Source: Candidatus Cloacimonadales bacterium
Lineage (GTDB): Bacteria > Cloacimonadota > Cloacimonadia > Cloacimonadales > JAFGVF01
NCBI GenBank assembly: GCA_963663475.2
Contig: CAXXJV010000002.1
Span: forward strand, 256,001 to 320,000
DNA length: 64,000 nucleotides
Direction: 5' to 3'
Each line of letters opens with the position of its first letter. The stretch's first letter is position 1. Shown in pieces: positions 40,808 to 48,965 of this stretch. Position numbers and translations under genes: made by a program. The notes below the pieces were generated by a model. The model made no database searches, was not told the origin of the DNA, and was given only the letters and a program-made list of their open reading frames with translations.

Positions 40808-41806
40808 ATGCATAAATACCAAAAATCAATTATTATTGGCATTGTGATTGGTCTAGTTTTCTTTTCTATATGGGCTTATTTTTTTGATTTTTCTCAACTA
40901 ATCCATAATCTTAAGAATCTAAATTTAGCTTTTCTATTTATTAGTATTCTTACATATATTTCAGCCTATTTTGTAAGATCTGTCCGCTGGAATAGACTTT
41001 TAAAGCCAATAAAATCCTTTAAGATTAGGGATACATATCTTTGGGCTTTAAGTGGTAATTTTATTAATTACTTAATTCCTATTAGAGCTGGTGAGGCTGC
41101 TAGGGCGATTATCATAAAGAAAAGAGCAAATATGCCAATATCTTTAGTTTTACCTTCAATTTTTATTGATAAGTTTTTTGATACAGTAGGAATATTCATT
41201 ATATTGGCAATGATACCTTTTCTTGATATTGAAATGGTTCCCATCCTGCAATGGCTAGTTACCATCCTTTTGACAATTTTCACTATAGGAATTTTGATTT
41301 TAATTACTGCTATAGTAGCTGAAGAAAAATTAGTTAGGGTATTGAAAAGAGTATTTTTCTTTATACCTGATAAGTATCAAGACAAGGTATTTTCTATGAT
41401 TGAGCTGTTTGTAGAAGGGACTGCTCTTTTTAAAAATCATAACAAAACTTTTATAGAAGTAATAATTTTAACTATAGTAGGAATAATGCTTGACGGATTG
41501 TATTTCTATTTAATGTTTAAAGCATTCGGATTTGAAACTATGAATGTTGCTATGATATTCTTTGGTTATACCCTTCTAAATCTGGCTTATATCCTGCCTC
41601 AACCACCAGGTCAACTCGGTAGTAATGAACTGCTAATGAGCATAATATTTGTTAGTGGAATGGGAATGAATTATGCTGATGCTGGTTCTCTTATTGCTGT
41701 AGCCCATTTACTTACTGGAATCCTAGTAAGTTTACTAGGAATATTGTCACTAAGTGTTATTGGAATCCGAATTATAGATTTAATTGATAGGAGAAAAAAT
41801 GAGTAA
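40808..41806 (+). CDS. Lysylphosphatidylglycerol synthase TM-domain / flippase-like membrane protein
   Basis: RSVRW, NYLIPIRAGEAAR, PQPPGQLG; multi-pass membrane protein. Confidence 0.82.
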   Translation: MHKYQKSIIIGIVIGLVFFSIWAYFFDFSQLIHNLKNLNLAFLFISILTYISAYFVRSVRWNRLLKPIKSFKIRDTYLWALSGNFINYLIPIRAGEAARAIIIKKRANMPISLVLPSIFIDKFFDTVGIFIILAMIPFLDIEMVPILQWLVTILLTIFTIGILILITAIVAEEKLVRVLKRVFFFIPDKYQDKVFSMIELFVEGTALFKNHNKTFIEVIILTIVGIMLDGLYFYLMFKAFGFETMNVAMIFFGYTLLNLAYILPQPPGQLGSNELLMSIIFVSGMGMNYADAGSLIAVAHLLTGILVSLLGILSLSVIGIRIIDLIDRRKNE

Positions 41807-42773
41807 TTCTAATGTAGATTTAATAGAAAAATTAAGTAAGATAAAAGAAGATATAGTTCTTGAATTAAAGAAGGTTATTGTTGGACAAGATGATGTAGTT
41901 GAGAAGATTTTAATTGCTCTTTTTGCTAATGGACATATTCTTTTAGAAGGTGTACCAGGTTTAGCCAAAACTCTTTTAATATCTAGTCTGGCCAAAGTCT
42001 TGAACCTAGATTTTAGTAGAATTCAGTTTACTCCTGATTTGATGCCTTCAGATATCACTGGTACAGATATTTTATCTGAAAATAAAAGTGATGGCAAGAG
42101 ATATTTTGAATATATAAAAGGTCCTATCTTTGCTAACATAATTTTAGCTGATGAGATTAATAGAACTCCTCCTAAGACACAGGCAGCTTTATTGCAAGCC
42201 ATGCAGGAATATGAGATTACAAATGGTAATCAAACATATAAATTAGATAGACCATTTCTTGTCTTAGCTACTCAGAATCCTATTGAACAAGAAGGAACAT
42301 ATCCCTTACCAGAGGCCCAACTTGATAGGTTTATGTTCAATATTATCATTGATTACCCTTCTTATGAAGATGAGTTAGAGATTGTTAAAGTTACAACAAA
42401 TACCCAGAACAAGGTGATTAAACCAATAATTTCTGGCCAAGAAATATTAGCAATTCAAAGGGCAATATTAGATATACCTGTTAGTGAACATGTTTATGAA
42501 TATGCAGTAAAATTGGTGAGAAAAACAAGACCTAATTCAGAACTGGTCTCCAGTGAGATTGCTAAACTGATTAGTTGGGGAGCAGGACCAAGAGCTTCTC
42601 AATACTTAGTACTAGCTGCTAAAGCAAGAGCAGCATTACTTGGAAGACTTACCCCTTCTGAAGAAGATATTAAATTTGTGGCTCCATTAGTCTTAAGACA
42701 TAGAGTTCTACCTTCCTTTACTGCAGATGCTGAAGGTATTAAATCTATTGATATAATCAAGAAAATACTCTAA
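41799..42773 (+). CDS. moxR: MoxR family AAA+ ATPase
   Basis: LEGVPGLAKT, RIQFTPDLMPSD, LADEINR, ATQNPIEQEGTYPLPEAQLDRF. Confidence 0.95.
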   Translation: MSNSNVDLIEKLSKIKEDIVLELKKVIVGQDDVVEKILIALFANGHILLEGVPGLAKTLLISSLAKVLNLDFSRIQFTPDLMPSDITGTDILSENKSDGKRYFEYIKGPIFANIILADEINRTPPKTQAALLQAMQEYEITNGNQTYKLDRPFLVLATQNPIEQEGTYPLPEAQLDRFMFNIIIDYPSYEDELEIVKVTTNTQNKVIKPIISGQEILAIQRAILDIPVSEHVYEYAVKLVRKTRPNSELVSSEIAKLISWGAGPRASQYLVLAAKARAALLGRLTPSEEDIKFVAPLVLRHRVLPSFTADAEGIKSIDIIKKIL

Positions 42774-42777
42774 AATT

Positions 42778-43710
42778 ATGAAAAGAAATATCTTAATTTT
42801 ATTTATTCTGCTTCAGTTAGCTCTTTTACCAGCAGATTTTTATAAATATCTTTGGGATACTGGCAGAGAAATTGATGTTACAGGACAGATTATTGAGCAT
42901 GATGATAAAGTGCTAAGTGTGGGAAATGCCAATGAATTATATGTATACTCCATGTTTGATATTTATAATTTTAACCTGAATGGGGCATATAGACTGAATG
43001 GAGATATTCAAGATATTGAAATTCTTTCTTCTAAGAAAGTTGTAGTTACAACAAACTCAATTAGCAGCTCAATAAGAGATATAGATTCCCTCTTTACGGT
43101 GGGTAGAAAGATTGATGTTAGTGCCTACACTGGAAATGAAATTGTACAAGATGGTACTTTGCTTTATTTGGCGCATGGGGATAATGGCTTAACTGTCTTT
43201 GATATGGGGAATAACTTAGCAAATGAAATAGTAAGTAACTATCATAAAGATTGGGGACTAAATGCTTTAGCTGTCAAATGGCCCTTAGTATATGTTGGAA
43301 ATACTCATGGTGTGGCAAGTGTAAATTTGTCAAATATTAGACATCCAATGCCCTTTGGTCAAAATTATACTCTTTTCTCAGTTAGTGAAATCGAAATATA
43401 TGATGATGTGATGTTTGCTGTTTCTAATAGAAGCTTGAATATTCTCGACATATCAAATCCAGGAAAAATAGAAAATTTAGATGTCTTATATTTTCCTTAT
43501 TCTATAAAAAATATAAAAGTCCATGCTAATGAACTTTATGTGATTTTAGGCCAAGGGGGCTTAGAGATATATAAGATTAACTCTGACGGGTCACTTGACC
43601 ATGCAACTTCTTATAATGATGGTAATTATTTATATGACATTAGCTTTTATCAAGATTATATATTCATGTTAAGTCGTGATAAAAAGTTAAGGATTTTTCA
43701 ATACAGATAG
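42778..43710 (+). CDS. Secreted LVIVD-repeat-like beta-propeller protein
   Basis: Signal peptide; YLAHGDNGLTVFD, LNILDISNP, GGLEIYKI repeats. Confidence 0.6.
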   Translation: MKRNILILFILLQLALLPADFYKYLWDTGREIDVTGQIIEHDDKVLSVGNANELYVYSMFDIYNFNLNGAYRLNGDIQDIEILSSKKVVVTTNSISSSIRDIDSLFTVGRKIDVSAYTGNEIVQDGTLLYLAHGDNGLTVFDMGNNLANEIVSNYHKDWGLNALAVKWPLVYVGNTHGVASVNLSNIRHPMPFGQNYTLFSVSEIEIYDDVMFAVSNRSLNILDISNPGKIENLDVLYFPYSIKNIKVHANELYVILGQGGLEIYKINSDGSLDHATSYNDGNYLYDISFYQDYIFMLSRDKKLRIFQYR

Positions 43711-43848
43711 TATAAGCTTAGATTATGAGACTAACATAACCTAACAAGTTAAGGGTAATGGCTAGTAGTACAGAAATTAAGTAGTTTAAGTTGTTAGCAG
43801 AGAAAAATATCATCTCTTGCTAATTTTTCCCTATTCCTCTTATCCATC

Positions 43849-43919
43849 ATTAATCCTTCCTTTACAGTCTTTCGATGAAAGTCCCAGTTTCATCGAAAGA
43901 CTGTAAAGGAAGGATTAAT
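43849..43919. repeat. ~60-70-bp palindromic repeat, copy 3
   Basis: ATTAATCCTTCCTTTACAGTCTTTCGATGAAA-GTCCCAG-TTTCATCGAAAGACTGTAAAGGAAGGATTAAT. Confidence 0.9.
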
Positions 43920-43982
43920 CATGCTACAAGGATTTAGCAAGCAAAACCAACTCCTATCAGTAAAGTTATACTAGTAACATTC

Positions 43983-44092
43983 GGCTCAAGTTCAAGTCTG
44001 GTGGGAATAAAATAGGAAAATGAGAATATTTCATTACTATATTGATTCATCAAAAATCCCTGAAAGGGATAAAATAATTTAGCCCAGGGTAA
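43983..44092 (+). repeat. Second, truncated copy of the REPIN-like element
   Basis: Near-identical to 5830-5942. Confidence 0.85.
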
Positions 44093-44187
44093 ATTATTTA
44101 TCACATTTCCCACTCTCCTTTGGAGAGAGCCTAAAAAGATAGTTGTCTTAGAAGCTAGGAAATAGTCTTGTTTACTTATACCGAAAT

Positions 44188-44679
44188 TTACCTTAAAGCA
44201 TAGATTAAAGCGGTAGTAAGTTTGAGGATATCATTATCATTTTTCTCTAAGATTTGAGCTAGTTTTTGAGAAATTTCCCAGAGAATAACCATACCAATAT
44301 GGTGGTGGTCTTTGATAATCTTAACAAAATCATCGTGACTAATTGAAAAAAGCTTACAGTCGGTAGTAGCCCTTACCGTAGCTGTTCTTAGCTGTTTACC
44401 AAGCAAACCAACTTCTCCAAAAAACGGGTAATCTTTGGCATTCAAACTAATAAGTGTTTTGTTAATATCAATTTGCTGGTCTATGAAAGAAGTCTTTTTT
44501 GATATACAGACTTGTCCTTCGAACAAGAGGAACAGTTCATTACCTGAGCTATCTTCTTCAAAGATAATATCATTAGCTTTAAAATGCACAAGTTTAAGTG
44601 ACTTTGCAATAATGTCTAGTTCTTCTTGCGATAAGTCACTAAACAATTTAATATTTTTAAGGAAGCCTTTATTATTCAC
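44188..44679 (-). CDS. Stand-alone cyclic-nucleotide-binding domain protein
   Basis: LFSDLS, IFEEDSSGNELFLLFEGQV, FFGEVGLL...RTATVRA; no HTH. Confidence 0.88.
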   Translation of the reverse strand: MNNKGFLKNIKLFSDLSQEELDIIAKSLKLVHFKANDIIFEEDSSGNELFLLFEGQVCISKKTSFIDQQIDINKTLISLNAKDYPFFGEVGLLGKQLRTATVRATTDCKLFSISHDDFVKIIKDHHHIGMVILWEISQKLAQILEKNDNDILKLTTALIYALR

Positions 44680-44686
44680 GTTAACC

Positions 44687-45850
44687 TCACAGTACTATTG
44701 CAGTATCATTAGGATCAATAATATAGTCGTCAGCAGGTTTAATTTTAATATTATCATTTTGGTTCATGAAGTTTATCTTCTTATTAGACTGTTGAAATTG
44801 TTGTTTAATAAAGAGGTCAATACTAGATGAATTATCTGAGAGGATGTCATCAATAGAAAATTCAGGTTGAATAGTAACAATACCAATTAAGATAAGTTTC
44901 TTCTCAGCTTTTAAGTAATCGAAAAGCTCTTTAAAAGTCTTACCAATAAAGTCACTCGGGATTTTAAACTCTTTAAAACTTGAGTTTTCATCACCCCTAA
45001 TTAGAGCTTGTAGGAAGTTAGGTATTGTAGGGTGAAGGGTTGAATTTGCTAAAATATCTCCTCCGATATCTTCATAGATAACAACATTCTGAATTTTATC
45101 ACGTTGGATACTAGGCAGGTATTTCTCATGCCTAAGCTGTAGGTTTATCTGCCCCTTAACTTTTAGAAAACTAATATTATGGGCAGCTATAATAGTTCTT
45201 TCATCTGATGGTACACCTTCTGTACAGCTCTCATCAAAGAGAATGATTATTTGATCTGCATCTTTTATATTAGCCCTGTTTAAAATTTCTTGATTAGTAA
45301 AATCACCTCTAATGAATTTAATATCTATAAGCTCATAATGATTTCTTATTGTAGAAACACGACTTTCTTCTAACTCATTAATCAGAACCACTGTAAGAGA
45401 AGCCTGATCTTTATGGTCAACTAAAAACTTAAGAATTCTTTTTGCACTATTATTCCAGCCACAAATCACAATGTGATTTCTTAATTTAATTTTATTCAAA
45501 CCTTTCCTCTCTTTAATTTTCTGGTCAATAAAGTTACTAGCTATATAGGCTGTGAAAGTGGAAAAAATGATAAAGCCTGCTATAATTATAACAATACCCA
45601 GCAGTCTCCCCATAATCGTTACAGGGTAATAATCACCATATCCTACCGTAGTAATGGTTACAATAGTCCACCATACAGCATCAAAAAAAGATTTAATCTT
45701 AACTGTTGGATCACTGTCTTTACCTTCAATAAAGGTAATAATGAAAGCACTTATCAAAATTAAGATAATAATAAGTGAGAATATCTTTGCTAAATCTAAG
45801 AATTTTCTATTATTATTTAAGAATTTTAGCAGACTATTTTTGTGTTTCAT
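44687..45850 (-). CDS. 2-TM potassium channel with RCK domain (MthK-like)
   Basis: WWTIVTITTVGYGD selectivity filter; HIVICGW...FIRGD RCK domain. Confidence 0.92.
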   Translation of the reverse strand: MKHKNSLLKFLNNNRKFLDLAKIFSLIIILILISAFIITFIEGKDSDPTVKIKSFFDAVWWTIVTITTVGYGDYYPVTIMGRLLGIVIIIAGFIIFSTFTAYIASNFIDQKIKERKGLNKIKLRNHIVICGWNNSAKRILKFLVDHKDQASLTVVLINELEESRVSTIRNHYELIDIKFIRGDFTNQEILNRANIKDADQIIILFDESCTEGVPSDERTIIAAHNISFLKVKGQINLQLRHEKYLPSIQRDKIQNVVIYEDIGGDILANSTLHPTIPNFLQALIRGDENSSFKEFKIPSDFIGKTFKELFDYLKAEKKLILIGIVTIQPEFSIDDILSDNSSSIDLFIKQQFQQSNKKINFMNQNDNIKIKPADDYIIDPNDTAIVL

Positions 45851-45913
45851 TATACCTCTAAGTCATTATGTTATAGATAAATTACAATGTTTATTCAAAA
45901 AAGCAATAGAATT

Positions 45914-46273
45914 TTAAATCAAATAATTAATAACTTCTTTTAAATTGTCTCTATTATCTATTATTTTGTGTTTATTATGGATAGCACTATCTATAATTTT
46001 CTCCAAATCCTCTTCTGGACAAATCTCAAATAAGGAATGTTTAATTTCAAAACAAGAGTTAGAAATCACTATGATAATAGATCTGGGTAAGGCCAGTTTG
46101 GTTAAGACTAACTTAGTCTCAAGCTCTTTGTTGCTTAAAAGATGGTCAGGGAGGATTATAATTGAATCCTCTCTTAACCATTTTATAAGTTCTTGATAAG
46201 TCTGGAATTCTTTATGAAACCAGGGTAAGTTTTTAGGTCTATACTTATAGTCTAAAGTTAATATTGCTGGCAT
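45914..46273 (-). CDS. Hypothetical protein
   Basis: 119-aa ORF starting 4 nt after the 46278 stop, same strand. Confidence 0.55.
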   Translation of the reverse strand: MPAILTLDYKYRPKNLPWFHKEFQTYQELIKWLREDSIIILPDHLLSNKELETKLVLTKLALPRSIIIVISNSCFEIKHSLFEICPEEDLEKIIDSAIHNKHKIIDNRDNLKEVINYLI

Positions 46274-46277
46274 AAAT

Positions 46278-47939
46278 CTATCCTATAAAAACAGATCCCC
46301 CAATAAATTCTCTCAAAATTGAATTATTGGGAACTAATTTTTCTGGAATATCTTTAATAAAACTTAAGAGCACTAGCAGTCTTTGCGCCTCAGTATAATT
46401 TGGAGAAGACTCAGGTATCTTCTTAAGCTCCTTATAAGCATGACTTTTCAAACAACCTAGTTCATAAGTTAAACCACTATTGAAAATATAATCTGCATTC
46501 TCTTGATAAGGGAAGATATTTCTATTTTCTCCATCACGAACAGACTGCCATCTTGACAGAGTTTCGTTAGCACTGTAACCTCGATAATAATAATCACGGA
46601 CAGATCTTCTAAGCTTACGGCAGTCAGTTGTTGGGATTCTATTATGATTATCAATATTTAGCTGATTTAAAGCTGTGACATAGATCTTAACTTTCGTATC
46701 ATCTGGTATTTGGGCAGTTAATTCAGGATTTAAACCATGAATACCCTCCATAACGATAACATTTTCATCTGTTAATCGAACAAATTTACCACTCTTCTCA
46801 GAAAGTCCTCTACCAAAGTTATATTTGGGAAGTTCAACTACCTGACCAGCTAATAACTTTTTAAGGTGGTCATTTAACATATCAAGGTCGAGGGCATGAA
46901 TTGATTCAAAATCAAACTCACCATTAGGTAAAATAGGTGTTCTGTCCCTACTCATAAAGTAATCATCTAAACCAATTACAATAGGCTTAAGTCCTGAAAC
47001 TAAAAGTTGAACTGCTAATCTATGGGAAAAAGTTGTTTTACCAGAAGAAGAAGGACCAGCTATCAGGATAATCTTCTTATTTGTTTGGGCAATATTTTCT
47101 GCTATGTTAGCTATTTTCTTTTCGTGTAGGGCTTCTTCATGCAGAATAAAGTTTCCGATTTCATATTTATCTATTAATTTATTGATATCAATAATATTAT
47201 GAACTTTAAGGTTATTTAACCATTTATCATGTAATTGATGGGCAGCAAATACCTTTTCTGAGAAATGGATGTTCTCTCTCATGGTAAAAGTACCCCTCTG
47301 TGGGAATCTAAGTATTAGGCCAGGTGCTTGGTAATCAACTTTAAAAACAGGTACATTCTTGGTATTATCTGCTAAAGGTCTTGAATAAAAGTCATAGTAT
47401 TCACCACACTTGTATAAATAAACTTCTCTATCTGAGTAATAATCAAGATTTTTTATAAGATCTTTTCTTCCTTGCCTAGTAAGAATTTCTTTAGCTTCAT
47501 CCCAGGAGAATTTTAACTTATCAATCCAAAGTCCCTTTTTAACTATCTTTTCCATCTCATCTTGAATAAGATAAATATATCTCTCTGAATAATCTTCTAA
47601 GCCAAATAGCTCACAAAAAACACCATCATCTATTGAATGTTCAACAACTAATTGCACCTTGTCAGCAAAGAGATTATAAATAGCTTTGGTAAGAATAAAA
47701 ATAGCTGAATCTTGATAGATTCTTTTACCCTCTATATGATTGTAAGTAATACAGTTAATCTTGCAATCTTCACTTACAATAAAGTTGTCATTCTGGTATT
47801 TCTTACTGTTTATTTTGAATGAGAGTACCTCATCATAATTCTCAACAAAACCATTTACTATTTCTCTTATGGTGTTAGATGTTTCTATTTCTAATCTTTT
47901 AACTTCTATATCATCTTTATAAAGCTCTATATTAATCAT
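46278..47939 (-). CDS. Uridine/nucleoside kinase with N-terminal ThrRS-like domain
   Basis: IAGPSSSGKTTF, LDDYF, MEGIHGLN, RIPTTDCR.LRR, GENRNIFPYQENAD. Confidence 0.88.
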   Translation of the reverse strand: MINIELYKDDIEVKRLEIETSNTIREIVNGFVENYDEVLSFKINSKKYQNDNFIVSEDCKINCITYNHIEGKRIYQDSAIFILTKAIYNLFADKVQLVVEHSIDDGVFCELFGLEDYSERYIYLIQDEMEKIVKKGLWIDKLKFSWDEAKEILTRQGRKDLIKNLDYYSDREVYLYKCGEYYDFYSRPLADNTKNVPVFKVDYQAPGLILRFPQRGTFTMRENIHFSEKVFAAHQLHDKWLNNLKVHNIIDINKLIDKYEIGNFILHEEALHEKKIANIAENIAQTNKKIILIAGPSSSGKTTFSHRLAVQLLVSGLKPIVIGLDDYFMSRDRTPILPNGEFDFESIHALDLDMLNDHLKKLLAGQVVELPKYNFGRGLSEKSGKFVRLTDENVIVMEGIHGLNPELTAQIPDDTKVKIYVTALNQLNIDNHNRIPTTDCRKLRRSVRDYYYRGYSANETLSRWQSVRDGENRNIFPYQENADYIFNSGLTYELGCLKSHAYKELKKIPESSPNYTEAQRLLVLLSFIKDIPEKLVPNNSILREFIGGSVFIG

Positions 47940-48100
47940 TTAGTCCTCCATATAGTAAATTTTACATCATAATAATAAGCAAAATCAAGTTTCTAACATG
48001 ATTATTTTTATGGCAAGTATTATTTTTAGATATTTGCAATCAAAATACAGACATGTTTTTTTTAGTATTTGATTAATTTTCTTAGAAAAGTGAAAAACTA

Positions 48101-48222
48101 TGCACTTTGAAATTAAATTGCAGTGAATGAGAAATTATTTTGCAGTTTAGTCAAAAGTACACTGTTGAGAAATTAAATTGCAGTTTAGTTCTAGGATTTA
48201 GAAATTAAATTGCAGTTTAGTT
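48101..48222 (+). repeat. Four direct repeats GAAATTAAATTGCAGT(TTAGT): putative transposase-binding left end
   Basis: Cores at 48109, 48131 (2 mismatches), 48169 and 48201, between the last host gene and the repressor. Confidence 0.8.
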
Positions 48223-48225
48223 TAT

Positions 48226-48681
48226 TCAAAAGTTATTTTTTTGTAGTTTAATAATCAAATCTTTACACTCTAAAAGTTCTCTTAACCTGGTAAATAATTC
48301 TTGATTAAGTTCTTGATTTTTGTTTGAAAGGATAGAGCATTCTTTTTCAGACTCTTCAATGCTTTTTTTTAAGTCATTACAGACCTTTTCCAGCTGATCA
48401 TAACGTCTTCTTAAGTTAATTAACTCACTATTATCTATCCTCTTCTCCTGGGGCTCTTTATTATCCGATAAAAACATCTCTCCCTTACCTGTTAATAACC
48501 AATCCAAAGACACTTTAAAATGTTCGGATATAAGAATAGCCGCCTTTGTTGAAGGCATATTTTTATTATTTTCAATGTCAGAAAGGTTACCTGGGCTAAT
48601 GCCAATAGACTTAGCTAACTTAGTTAAAGATAAACTATTACGCCTCCTTAAATCTTTAATACGAGAACCTATATTTTCCAT
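48226..48681 (-). CDS. Prophage repressor (XRE HTH with coiled-coil C-terminus)
   Basis: IGSRIKDLRRRNSLSLTKLAKSIGISPGNLSDIENN...VSLDWLLTGKGEM; ATG 48681 with AAGGA RBS. Confidence 0.88.
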   Translation of the reverse strand: MENIGSRIKDLRRRNSLSLTKLAKSIGISPGNLSDIENNKNMPSTKAAILISEHFKVSLDWLLTGKGEMFLSDNKEPQEKRIDNSELINLRRRYDQLEKVCNDLKKSIEESEKECSILSNKNQELNQELFTRLRELLECKDLIIKLQKNNF

Positions 48682-48692
48682 TTTTGTTCCTT

Positions 48693-48771
48693 TTTCCGAA
48701 TATTTATCTTGACACATTCTTATTTCCGAATAATCTTGGTTTTAGAATAAAACAAAAAAGGAATCTGTCAA
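48693..48771. promoter_or_regulatory. Lysis/lysogeny switch: overlapping divergent promoters and operator repeats
   Basis: Rightward TTGACA(48709)-16-TAATCT; leftward TTGACA(48771)-16-TATTCT; TTTCCGAATA at 48693 and 48723, TTTAGAATA at 48741. Confidence 0.65.
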
Positions 48772-48965
48772 TGAAAAAAACAGAAAAGAGAAAAGTAGCA
48801 GAAGTGTTAAGAGCTTACAGAGCCATTAACAGGCTTTCCCAGGGAGAGTTTGGAAAACTATGTGACTTAACCCAGATGACAGTTTCTTTAATAGAGAATG
48901 AAAGATTCGAAAGGGTATCACTAGACACAATAAAGAAGGTAGAGGATTATGTGGCTCACCACTAA
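48771..48965 (+). CDS. Cro/Ner-like XRE HTH protein
   Basis: LRAYRAINRLSQGEFGKLCDLTQMTVSLIENE; divergent from the repressor. Confidence 0.85.
   Translation: MKKTEKRKVAEVLRAYRAINRLSQGEFGKLCDLTQMTVSLIENERFERVSLDTIKKVEDYVAHH

Noticed and set aside
48101-48222. Repeats as a mini-CRISPR or a CAST/Tn7 end
   Set aside because: Spacers are short and irregular; no cas, tnsC or tniQ in the window; the context is a phage repressor and transposase.
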